Program-made: the position numbers and the translations under genes
In this document: piece by piece, positions 23,501 through 34,464 of the stretch
Position numbering within the stretch: the first letter of the stretch is position 1
Layout: each line of letters begins with the position of its first letter
Assembly (NCBI GenBank): GCA_010909165.1
Contig: MU008177.1
Location: 248,001 to 312,000 of the forward strand
DNA length: 64,000 nt
Direction: 5' to 3'
Source: Anthoceros angustus
Lineage: Eukaryota > Plantae > Anthocerotophyta
The notes under the pieces: model-generated
What the model was told of the DNA's origin: nothing
Database searches by the model: none
Seen by the model: the letters and a program-made list of their open reading frames with translations, nothing else

Positions 23501-26500
23501 CTTTCTCTTGCAGGAAAGACACAAAAGGGACAGAGTCAAAAAATGCAGCAAGCAGTTTTGCAGGTCTTTCGATCTTTGATTTTGACCTGTCTAGCTGCAT
23601 TCTTTTGATCCTTGTGTCCAGTGCTTCCTCCCATCTGGAAGCCAGAATGCAATGTTGCATCTTTTGATCTGAATTGCAATGAAGTCTTGAAGTAGCTTAG
23701 ATTTCATGGTAGCACATGTTGTGATTAGTCACCTACAAACATCTGCCGCTGAGACAGCTATCCATCTACAGAAATTTCGAGCTGGTGGCTACAATACCTT
23801 AGTCGCAACAAGCATTGGCGAAGAGGGCCTAGATATCATGGAGGTCGATCTTGTCGTATGCTTTGATGCAAATGTTTCTCCACTTAGAATGATTCAGCGA
23901 ATGGGAAGGACAGGAAGAAAGCGTGATGGCCGTGTGGATATCCTTGAATTGAAATAATACCTGCAATGTTCAGCACCTTTTAACAGTGTCACACCTGCGG
24001 AAGTATAGCCTTAACATACAAATTACTTGTTCTGGCAAGTGAGGGAGCAGAAATGCAGAGCTATCAGAGCAAGCTGGCAAAGAACAAAGCCCTCGTAAAG
24101 CACATGCACAATGGAGGATTGCAGAGCTTCAACTTCCACTTAAGCCCTCGAATGGTAAGTTTGGTTGTTTTTTAGTACGTGGTTGAGCTAGCTAAGGGAC
24201 TTGCACAATCTGTGTGCTATGTGGTTCTCTCTGACGCCGTGCGCATATGCAGGTACCTCACAGATACAAACCACAGGTGCAGGTAATTGAGATGTTCATT
24301 GAGAAGTTTGTACCCCGGGGTTATAAGCAGAAGGCTAGTGCAGACATTGAAGATCCAGATGCAGATTTCACTGCAGAAGAATGTGCAGTGCTACAGAAAT
24401 ACAGCAGCTCCACAATTGCCAATATGTGGAATCCATCCTTGATCGCATTTCCCAGGTTTCAGCTTGTGCCAACTCCTGTATCTCGGGTCAAGCATTCCTT
24501 CCGAACCACTTCAATGCTGATTGGAACCTTGCAAAGTCTAGAGGCGTCATCCCAGCAACTCTTCAACGGAGAAAAGAGTAGAGACTCCAGCCCAATCGAA
24601 ATGGAGGTATGCTCTCTGCTGTTACAGATGCCTTGATGGCTCGAGGAACTGAGTCAGCAGTGTCTGCTTCATTCTGTGTACCTGATTCTTACGCTATCCT
24701 TAAAGCCCTCAGGATGCGCAGTTGGGCTTTACCTAGTGCTTTGCTGAGTTGAATTGTGTCTGCTTGATTTAGATTGAAGACTTGAACTGGGACAAGGATG
24801 CAACTGCATGGACTGAAGGTACACGTCGATGGAGTCATGGAAACTTGTGCTCTGCAAATTGTTGCTACCAAGGACCTCTTTGCGGATAATAGTTTGCTAC
24901 CATGCAGATGAAAACATGGGGAGACATTGGTCGCTGGAAGACGAACAGTGTGACCCTGTCTTGTTCATGACACCGCGAGTTCTGGAGAATCCAGCTTGTG
25001 AAGTTCCAGAAATTGTGGATCCCTCACTGGTCTCGGCTAAAGTGAGTCAAGTTGGCCTTCCATGGAGTGGGAAAGAATCTCCTGTCCATGTGAGCTGTCA
25101 TCCTAGCAAGAGTGAAAGGCCTTCTCGGAACGTAGGGCAAGAGGACAACACTCCTGGTATGTATCTTGTCAGTTGCGGTCTCGTGATTGTGGTGGACAAA
25201 GGGGGCATTCCCTGGGTAGTGTTATGCCCCTTACTTTGCTGTTGTCTTCACTGACTGCAGCCCACAAAATTTCTTCCTTTGAGACAAGGGCAAACCCAGA
25301 AGATGTGAGACTGCAATCTGAGCATATTTTGGATGACAGACTGGCCAATAAGCAGTATCTTCACAGGTGTCTGTTTAGCAAAGGATTTGTGTCAGTTTCA
25401 CCAACAGGGAGTATTGTCATTGCATCTCCTCCAACGCTAAGAGTCAAGGCTTCTGACAGCTATCTGAGTAAAATAGAAGATTCTACCTTCAGAGTGTGGC
25501 CCTTCAACTCGGCTGTGACTCATCAGACGGTATCATCTGATACAGACCAGTCCAGCAAAGCAGGTGGGGCTATTAAGATTGTCAATGCTGGATCCACTTC
25601 TGGCAGAATTGGGGATGGGGACTCCATCGCCACATCCCCAGGAGACCAGCTGATGACAGACTTGCCCGTCACAGGGTCCGAGCAGGCTGTGTGTCCTAGA
25701 TCCGGCAAGATGGGATTCAACAGTGATTGCAAGGCAAACGATTTCGACATTATTGTTCCTAGCTCTCTTAGGAAGACCGCAGTGGTTTATGTAGATCCAG
25801 AACTGGGTGTTGGGGCACGGGATCAGCATATAATGAGTTTTCAGCACCGGAAGGATGTTTCGTCTGCTGGTGTCACTCACGACGATGTGAACTTTGTGCC
25901 AGCATCCATATCTCCAAAGCAGACAGGGGACACCAGGACAACCCTTCCGGGTTCTAGTTACATGGGTGCAAAGGTGCCCGCTGAAGGATTTTTTCAGGAT
26001 AGATGTGTGTCACACACACCCCGGCAATTAGCAACGTTGCGGGCCTTTCCCAATGACTTGAGCCCGCGGTTGACTAATCTTGCAGAGCAAGGCATGGTTC
26101 CGGTCTCACCCTTGCTGGAGACCCCTGTCATGCAGAAGCTTGTCACATGTCGGAACAAGTATCCACATCAGGATGTTCCCAAGGAGGGGGCTTGGGATAC
26201 AGGTCAAGAGTTGCAAATTCAATGCACTCGAATGACTAGCTCTGGAACACGTCGAGGTCTGCCACCTTCTGGCCCCGTTATTTGTAGGGGAAGACCACCA
26301 TTACGGTCACCAGTTCAGCTAGTGGAGGCTGGAGGCACTTCCCCAATTCAGCCCAAAAGTCTCCAATTTAATCAAGCAAGTCCTGCTCCTCTTGCCGGCA
26401 CTGAGTTCCAAAGGTCTCCACTGTGCACGGGGACAACAGGTTCTATCCAGACTGCATCAGGGGCAAAGAAGACGACTCCGAATGTGCCACAGGCTAATCT

Positions 26501-29368
26501 CAGCAACGAAGTAGTGGAAATCCCGACGGCAGTGGCAATGTCTGTCCAGAAGCCAAGAAAGTTTAAGCGTCTGAGAAAGGTTCGACAAGTGCCCAGCCCC
26601 GAACTAGCAGAAGCGGGCATGGGAACATTGTCCATCCAAGAAGAAGCAGTTCAGCCGAGGAATCGCACCACAGCAGGTGTTTCCAGACGAGGTGAGCCAA
26701 CCTTCCGCAGTTGTCTGTGGTGGATTGTTAGAGTTTCTGATTTAATAAGTGGAAGCATGTTTCCACTTGATCAGCCGTCTTAACATCCCAGTGATGACTG
26801 ATGACTTTCAGGAGGAAACATCCAAGAGCAAAACTGTGGTCCGGCCATTTGTCGATGATGAAGCAGAGTATGCCCAGTTCGAACCTTGAATGTCGAAATA
26901 TCGCAATGCAGTCGTGAATGTCATTGTCAGCGTAGATGTCAAGTTCCAGTGGCTTGCAACTTTGCATGTGGTCTGAAAATTGGGGCATCTTTTTGCGTAT
27001 CCATCGCAGAGCTTCTTCCGGTGATGCATGCTCTTCCGATGAAGAAGATGCCACCGAAGATGGAGAAGACCTCACGGACTTCATCGACGATGGAACGAAC
27101 CCAAGCTCGGCAACTCAGAACCCACCCATTGCATCGGTGGACATGATGGCCGTGTACAGGTTTCCACTCTGCTCTGCACCTTCAACTCGTTCATGCCATT
27201 CGTACAGTTTGCGTTCATGAAGTTCATCGCTTCCAGATAGAGACGCTGACGTTAGTTCTGTGAACAGGCGATCCTTGTTCACTCCATCACCAGCACGCGG
27301 TGCGGGTGTGGCCTCGTGGATGCGCTTTGCCCAGAGCGGTCACACACTCAAGCAGCGATGGGACTGGAGCCTCGGAAGCTCTTTGGAGACCGGGAGCTGC
27401 CTGGCCACTGCAGCAACAGACAGGACAACCTTCCGGGTTCTAGTTACATGGGTGCAAAGGTGCCCGCTGAAGGATTTTTTCAGGATAGATGTGTGTCACA
27501 CACACCCCGGCAATTAGCAACGTTGCGGGCCTTTCCCAATGACTTGAGCCCGCGGTTGACTAATCTTGCAGAGCAAGGCATGGTTCCAGTCTCACCCTTG
27601 CTGGAGACCCCTGTCATGCAGAAGCTTGTCACATGTCGGAACAAGTATCCACATCAGGATGTTCCCAAGGAGGGGCTTGGGATACAGGTCAAGAGTTGCA
27701 AATTCAATGCACTCAATGACTAGCTCTGGAACACGTCGAGGTCTGCCACCTTCTGGCCCCGTTATTTGTAGGGGAAGACCACCATTACGGTCACCAGTTC
27801 AGCTAGTGGAGGCTGGAGGCACTTCCCCAATTCAGCCCAAAGTCTCCAATTTAATCAAGCAAGTCCTGCTCCTCTTGCCGGCACTGAGTTCCAAAGGTCT
27901 CCACTGTGCACAGGGACAACAGGTTCTATCCAGACTGCATCAGGGGCAAAGACGACTCCGAATGTGCCACAGGCTAATCTCAGCAACAGTAGTGGAAATC
28001 CCGACGGCAGTGGCAATGTCTGTCCAGAAGCCAAGAAAGTTTAAGCGTCTGAGAAAGGTTCGACAAGTGCCCAGCCCCGAACTAGCAGAAGCGGGCATGG
28101 GAACATTGTCCATCCAAGAAGAAACAGTTCAGCCGAGGAATCGCACCACAGCAGGTGTTTCCAGACGAGGTGAGCCAACCTTCCGCAGTTGTCTGTGGTG
28201 GATTGTTAGAGTTTCTGATTTAATAAGTGGAAGCATGTTTCCACTTGATCAGCCGTCTTAACATCCCAGTGATGACTGATGACTTTCAGGGGAGGAAACA
28301 TCCAAGAGCAAAACTGTGGTCCGGCCATTTGTCGATGATGAAGCAGAGTATGCCCAGTTCGAACCTTGAATGTCGAAATATCGCAATGCAGTCGTGAATG
28401 TCATTGTCAGCGTAGATGTCAAGTTCCAGTGGCTTGCAACTTTGCATGTGGTCTGAAAATTGGGGCATCTTTTGCGTATCCATCGCAGAGCTTCTTCCGG
28501 TGATGCATGCTCTTCCGATGAAGAAGATGCCACCGAAGATGGAGAAGACCTCACGGACTTCATCGACGATGGAACGAACCCAAGCTCGGCAACTCAGAAC
28601 CCACCCATTGCATCGGTGGACATGATGGCCGTGTACAGGTTTCCACTCTGCTCTGCACCTTCAACTCGTTCATGCCATTCGTACAGTTTGCGTTCATGAA
28701 GTTCATCGCTTCCAGATAGAGACGCTGACGTTAGTTCTGTGAACAGGCGATCCTTGTTCACTCCATCACCAGCACGCGGTGCGGGTGTGGCCTCGTGGAT
28801 GCGCTTTGCCCAGAGCGGTCACACTCCAAGCAGCGATGGGACTGGAGCCTCGGGAAGCTCTTTGGAGACCGGGAGCTGCCCGGCCACTGCAGCAACAGAC
28901 AGGACAAGGGTCACTGCGGATTCTGCTCAGAAGTCCGACCCGCCGGACACTGTCATAGAGACTCCCACATTCAATGCCATCTCCATGGCCAAGGTTCCCC
29001 CTTCTGTTGGGAGCACCTACAGCAGCAAGCAAATGCCTGTGGCCCAAGCCGATGCCGTTCCCATTCCCTTGGTGGAAGGCACTGCAGACGGGACAAAGGG
29101 CAGGCTGGAAATACGAAAGCGGAAGCTGAGCTTCCAGCCAGACCTGTCCCAACGGGAGGCTCCAGCTGGTGTGAAGCAGAGCGGGCAGACGCAGCACCTG
29201 GAGCAGCAGTTTCAGATTACCTACCTGGAGGATGATGATTTCTTCGACGGCCTGGATCTGGATGCTCTGGAGGCAGAAGCAGTGCAGCAGTCAAGAGCCC
29301 GCCAGGCCACTCAGCAGCAGCAGCAGCCTGCATCCCCCAAGCAACCCAGTCTAGACCGCCATCCCTGA
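20600..29368 (+). CDS. FANCM: FANCM DEAH-box DNA translocase/helicase, multi-exon, with internal duplication
   Basis: [123 protein letters not shown]; exons join at canonical splice sites. Confidence 0.95.
23938..24026 (+). other. U12-type (minor spliceosome) AT-AC intron in FANCM
   Basis: 5' site ATATCCTT at 23938, branch point CCTTAAC 24009-24015, terminal AC at 24025-24026. Removal restores ...RDGRV-V-VLASEG. Confidence 0.9.
25934..28907 (+). repeat. ~1.49-kb tandem duplication inside the 3' half of FANCM
   Basis: Units 25934-27420 and 27421-28899; CAGGACAA at 25934, 27421 and 28900. Copies differ mostly by 1-3 nt indels. Confidence 0.93.
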
Positions 29369-29689
29369 CGGTCTCCCCCTTGTAAATTCAGGAGAGAGAG
29401 AAATGTAAAGTTATGAATCAAAGTATCAAAATCACAACCTCGCAAGCATGCATGGCTGTTGAATGTTGCACAAGCCGAGTCCAACTCCAGGTCCAGGCCC
29501 AGATCCGGACTAGGACGAAGCACACAAGGTGCCTGCAGCTAGAGTTGCTACTAGTACTGTAACGTAAGCATGCACGGCCCCCTGCCACGAGCTGGTTCCC
29601 GGATTCACGATCTGCCTTGACATGGGCAGACGGTGAATCTAATCCTGCAACCGGAGTCCGGACGCCGAAGACGGGGATGACGAGCCGCC

Positions 29690-29986
29690 TCATTTCCTCC
29701 TCTTGTACAGATAGGTGACGAGCACCCAGAGCAGGAAGAGCATGAGCATGATGAGCAGGAGAACCGCGCAGACGATTGCCCCGGGAAGCCCGCTGTCCTC
29801 CTCCCCGCAGGTCATGTGGTAAGGCGTGTGCTCCCCCATCTCCAGCAAGCCGCAGCAGCGAGCGCAGCAGCCACGACGCGCCCGCTCCCTCTCGATCTTG
29901 TCGTGGGCGGCGATCTTCTCCCTCGGTATCGGAGGCATCGCTATCACCACCCTGGGAGGAGAGTCGGGCAAGACGACGAGAGCCAT
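29690..29986 (-). CDS. Small (98 aa) Cys-rich protein with a C-terminal transmembrane helix
   Basis: MALVVLPDSPP...RRGCCARCCG...AIVCAVLLLIMLMLFLLWVLVTYLYKRRK; ATG at 29986, GC-rich coding-like composition. Confidence 0.6.
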   Translation of the reverse strand: MALVVLPDSPPRVVIAMPPIPREKIAAHDKIERERARRGCCARCCGLLEMGEHTPYHMTCGEEDSGLPGAIVCAVLLLIMLMLFLLWVLVTYLYKRRK

Positions 29987-30718
29987 GGATGCGCTCGCTT
30001 GGTCTCGGCTCCGCCGCTGCAAGAATCGAAGAATCCAGGCGGGCAGCTGCGAGAAACGAAGAACCGAGCTGGGCAGCCGAATCACGAGACCGCCATGATC
30101 GGGCGCTCTCCAGTCTACGCTCTGCAGCTGCAGCTGCGGCTGGAGCTGGAGCTGGAGCTGGTTTGCAGAGTAGGCGCAGGCCGATTGTGGGCCGAGCAGG
30201 CTCGCTTACAGCCGCAAGCGAGGCTCTGTCCTTGCGGACCTGTGAGATGATCAGAGCGTGAGATGGATCGATCACTGGGGCAGTCAGGCTGATGATCAAG
30301 AATGTGAGCCCGAGCGTGATCTCGTAGGCCCGGGGAAAGACGACAGAAAGAGAGGCGCCCCATCTTTCGGGAGGCCCGCTGCTCGCAACGTTGAGAGCGC
30401 ACGACGCTCTGGAAAGATGGCTTCACGCCGGCGGAAACGTCCAGGCTTAGTACTAACCGCTCACGATCCACATGGCAGCACCATCGGGCTGGTGGCGTGG
30501 CGTGGGCATGATTTAGAGATTTTGGAACGCTTGCTTGCGCTGCTTTCATTTCATTCATCATACTTGACCCGACCGGACTAGACTAACCTGACTTCACTTT
30601 CTGCACCCACATATGGGAATCATGCAGGCCCGCAGCGGGCCGCAGGGGCTGCGGGGCGGACCATTGGGTATGAATTTAAATGTGAAATAGGAACGGGAAC
30701 TCTATCCCAGCAATCCGC

Positions 30719-30870
30719 TCGCCGTTCGCCGTTCGCCGTTCGCCGTTCGCCGTTCCGCCGTTCGCCGTTCGCCGTTCGCCGTTCGCCGTTCGCCGTTCGC
30801 CGTTCGCCGTTCGCCGTTCGCCGTTCGCCGTTCGCCGTTCGCCGTTCGCCGTTCGCCGTTCGCCGTTCGC
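30719..30870. repeat. (CGCCGTT)n heptamer microsatellite, about 21 copies
   Basis: Near-perfect 7-nt array with one single-base insertion. Confidence 0.97.
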
Positions 30871-31211
30871 AGAGTCCATCGTACGGAGTTCTTATTACCT
30901 TACATTAGGATTAGTATACTTAATTTCTGTTATATTTATTTTTTATTTTTTATAATACGATTTATAATTCACTAAAAAATAATGTTATATATTTTAGTTC
31001 TCTTGCACATACCAAAAGAGTACTTTCAATAAGTTCATATAACGAACAATATTGGATATCTTAACCTTTTGGACAAAAACTTTCAATTGATCAACCTTTT
31101 AATTAGAAAACAACTTTCAAATAGGAAGCCTTTTTTAGTGGATTAGAGACTTTGCACATATTTCAAAGTCTGCATCCAAGACCTGCATTGGGATTTTCAC
31201 CTGGAATAACT

Positions 31212-31600
31212 CTATAGGGCACTAACAACGGATTTTTATCTAGAGTAAACTCGTGGAGCACTAACAACTGATTTTTATCTCGAGCAAACCCATAGGACAC
31301 AAACAACAAATTTTTATCTTGAGTAATATCGTAGGGCACTGACAACTGGTGGCCCCACACACAGCAGAGACGAGGATATGATGTTTACATCTGGTGGTCT
31401 CATAGGGCCATGAAGCTAGGGGATGGATGGCACCCCATCCAAGCACTGAACTATCCCAAGGATGTTTAACTGAGGAGTGATGTTTACATCTGTTGAGGAG
31501 TGATGTTTACATCTGTTGGTCTCATAGGGCCATGAAGCTAGGGGATGGATGACACCCATCCAAGTACTCATCTGTCCCAAGGATGCCTAACTGTGGAGTT
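31212..31600. repeat. ~39-bp tandem repeats plus a ~120-bp local duplication
   Basis: GGCACTAACAAC..ATTTTTATCT repeated 3-4 times (31212-31350); GATGTTTACATCT..GGTCTCATAGGGCCATGAAGCTAGGGGATGG at about 31378 and 31502. Confidence 0.75.
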
Positions 31601-32010
31601 TAAATGAATACATGCAGGAATGTGAGGAAGACCAAAAGAGAAACTTTTAATTTAAGCAAATTTTAAATTAGAGACTTAATTTTTTAAATAAAATTAAGGG
31701 GACACCAAAAAGGTACCATGGTTTCTCTAGATGACCTTCAATGTGAGAATACGAAACCTTCTCCGGTAAAGGAAAGAGGCAATCAGCGGTCCATGAACGC
31801 TTTATTGTTAATAGAAGAGCGAATTTGGAAGGGGCAAAAGGGGTATGACGTGGAGGGTGGCTGAAAATATCGTGGAGTGAATCTAAGTTTGAAGGCAGTA
31901 ATAGCAATAAGGGTTGCGATTGGGTGGCATTGGAGTGGGCTCCATCAAGAATAAAAGGGACAACCCTATCCAAAATGTTTCCTGCTTGGTTCGGGACGGG
32001 GTCAATGGCT

Positions 32011-32050
32011 GAGTGAGTGAGCGAGTGAGCGAGTGAGTGAGTGAGTGAGT
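32011..32050. repeat. (GAGT/GAGC)n microsatellite upstream of NF-YC
   Basis: Ten tetranucleotide units. Confidence 0.9.
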
Positions 32051-32784
32051 AGAGAGGTAAAAGCCAAGGCCAAGCCGTTTTGGCTGGTGACTGGTGCGAG
32101 CTTAGCCTGCGGCCTGCTGCTTTCGATCTGCGCCTTCCATTTCGGTGTCTCTCTATCCTGGCCTGCTTGGGATCCACCGGCCCCCGCTTCATCGCTGTGT
32201 GCTCCGAATGCGCCCTGCCAGAAGGTAAGATCGGGTACCTTACAAGTTGCAAAGCCCGTATCTTTTTCTGCTCTCTGACTGTTGTCGAGCTCCTTCTCTC
32301 TAGTCCCTTCTGCACAGTGCACAAGGACCGGCCTCCCTGTTTGCTGCTGCGCCTGCTGCACCCCTCCCGGAGCGCAGAGCAACCCGCCTCTCTTGCTCCG
32401 TTTGCCACGCTCGTGCCTCCCCGAGCTCCAATTCGGGATGTGGCCCCGCTGCTGCTTCCTCTGCATCGTCTAGGTCATAATTTGGAGCATCGGCAGCAGA
32501 AGGTACCGCAGGCTGTGTTCTACTCCTCGACTCGACCGGATTCTCTGTTTCTGACTCGTGATTTGGACCCCGGGCTGCTCCATTGCTGGGTGCTCGCCGT
32601 ATCCTCGGTGGGTCTTGATTGGGTGCTTGTTGTTGTTGAGTTTGATTTGGTGGGCGGTAGTGCGAGTCGGGGGAAGTGCGCTGAGCCCCGCGGAATCTCA
32701 CTTGTCTGCTTTCAGATTCTCGCGTGCGCCGGACCGGTGCGGGAACAGGATCGCGGCAAGCTCGTTGTGGCCCCTCCCGGCAGC

Positions 32785-32890
32785 ATGTAGAGGTCCGGGA
32801 GGCAGGGGCTGTAGGAAGGTAAAAGGGAGCTCGGGACCTGCGATGACCCAGAGGCGGAATGTCTCGGGGCGGCTTTCGGTGAGAGCGTGA
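32785..32890 (+). promoter_or_regulatory. Upstream ORFs in the putative NF-YC 5' leader
   Basis: ATGTAG 32785-32790; [15 protein letters not shown] 32843-32890; MSRGGFR* 32859-32882; downstream of a pyrimidine-rich TTTCAG acceptor near 32714. Confidence 0.4.
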
Positions 32891-32958
32891 CGGGAGGAGG
32901 GATACGAAGGGACGTGGAAGACTCCAGAAGGGGGGGGAATTGTGTGAAAGCGGTTAGG

Positions 32959-33852
32959 ATGGATCCTCAGCAGCAGCAAGCACAGCAGCAGCAGCAGCAA
33001 ATGGGGATGATGGCGGGGCAGGGGGGGATGCAGTACCCGCAGCAGCAGCAGCAGCAGCAGTACAGCAACCCGGTGCAGTCTCCGACTTCGGTGCCCATGC
33101 AGCAGGCGCACCAGCTGGGCTACGCGCACCTGCAGCAGCAGCAGCAGCAGCAGCTGCACAGCTTCTGGCAGGGCCAGCTGAACGACATCGAGGCCGTGAC
33201 GGACTTCAAGAACCACCAGCTGCCGCTGGCGCGGATCAAGAAGATCATGAAGGCGGATGAGGACGTGCGGATGATCTCGGCCGAGGCGCCCGTGCTCTTC
33301 GCCAAGGCGTGCGAGATGTTCATCCTGGAGCTCACATTGCGCTCCTGGATTCACACGGAGGAGAACAAGCGTCGGACGCTGCAGAAGAACGACATTGCGG
33401 CTGCCATCGGGCGGACAGAGATCTTCGATTTTCTGGTGGACATCGTGCCGCGGGACGAGCTGAAGGAGGAGGGAGGTGTGGGGATGGGGGTGGGCGTGGG
33501 TGTGGGCGTGGGCATGGGCGTGGGTGTGGGTGTGGGGATGCCGCCCGGGATGCCTCGCATCGGGATGCCGATGCCGGGCCCGGATGGAGGGCCATACTAC
33601 CATGGCCTGGGCTCTCCGGTCGGGGTGCCCATGATGGTGGGGCGTCCTGCCATGCAGATGGATCCCATGGGCTACTCTGCCCAGCGCCCTCCGGTTGCCT
33701 ACATGCCTCCGCAGATGTGGCCTCCGCCACCACAGCAGCCGCAGCAGCAGCAGCAGCAACAGCAGCAGCCTCAACATCAGCATCAGCATCAGCATCAACA
33801 TCAGCCACCTGACTCTCCAGGAGCGGGGTCTGGAGGTATGCCCCCGAGCTGA
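32959..33852 (+). CDS. NF-YC: Nuclear factor Y subunit C (HAP5 histone fold) with polyQ, Gly-Val/Met and Gln-His tracts
   Basis: [68 protein letters not shown]...[10 protein letters not shown]; first ATG at 32959. Confidence 0.96.
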   Translation: MDPQQQQAQQQQQQMGMMAGQGGMQYPQQQQQQQYSNPVQSPTSVPMQQAHQLGYAHLQQQQQQQLHSFWQGQLNDIEAVTDFKNHQLPLARIKKIMKADEDVRMISAEAPVLFAKACEMFILELTLRSWIHTEENKRRTLQKNDIAAAIGRTEIFDFLVDIVPRDELKEEGGVGMGVGVGVGVGMGVGVGVGMPPGMPRIGMPMPGPDGGPYYHGLGSPVGVPMMVGRPAMQMDPMGYSAQRPPVAYMPPQMWPPPPQQPQQQQQQQQQPQHQHQHQHQHQPPDSPGAGSGGMPPS

Positions 33853-34464
33853 GGAGTGGATGTGATTACCGCGCGAGGGCTGATTTCAGAATTGAATTTG
33901 TTTGCTGTTGTGATTGTTGTTGTACGAATTGGGAGGCATGTTGTGTGCGTGAATGAATTTGTCGAAATCCTATTATCGGTTAGCCTGTGTGTTTCCTTGC
34001 TGCATTCTTCTGGGCTCTGGGCCATGTATGTCCCGATGTTGTGTTCGAAATGGGGCATCAGTCGTAGAGTTTGCGCACGTCCTTCAGCTTGGAATAGAGT
34101 AGCGAGAGTGTAAGAGCCAGACAATCAGTAGGGGACATGCATTCGGATCATAGTTCATGCGCTGCGAGTGATCTCATGAACGCCGGATGACGCCTGCTTG
34201 GTCATGTAAAGTGATCGCTTATTGTGGGCTGTGGCCCTCCTAGTCAATAGAATCTGTCAGTCGTTTCTTTCTAGCTCGCATCCGGCAGCAGTCACCCTGC
34301 CCAATTTAGAGGATGTCTGACAGTCAGGCCTGTTGCCTGTACAAGGTGCAACTTGCATCCCATTCCGAATGCCGTCAAAATATTGACTCCTGACGCTGTA
34401 CAAGTTATCTATCCACCCAGCAGTGTACACTAGAGCTACTCGACGTCTCCACGGGTTCCACACT

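Noticed and set aside
3475-29368. DNA-repair gene cluster (PARP3 + FANCM)
   Set aside because: They are 14 kb apart with unrelated genes between; no evidence of co-regulation.
30719-30870. Interstitial telomere repeat
   Set aside because: The unit CGCCGTT does not resemble TTTAGGG-type repeats.
32959-33852. Histone-fold gene next to FANCM as its partner MHF1/MHF2
   Set aside because: The sequence is clearly NF-YC ([24 protein letters not shown]), not CENP-S/CENP-X.
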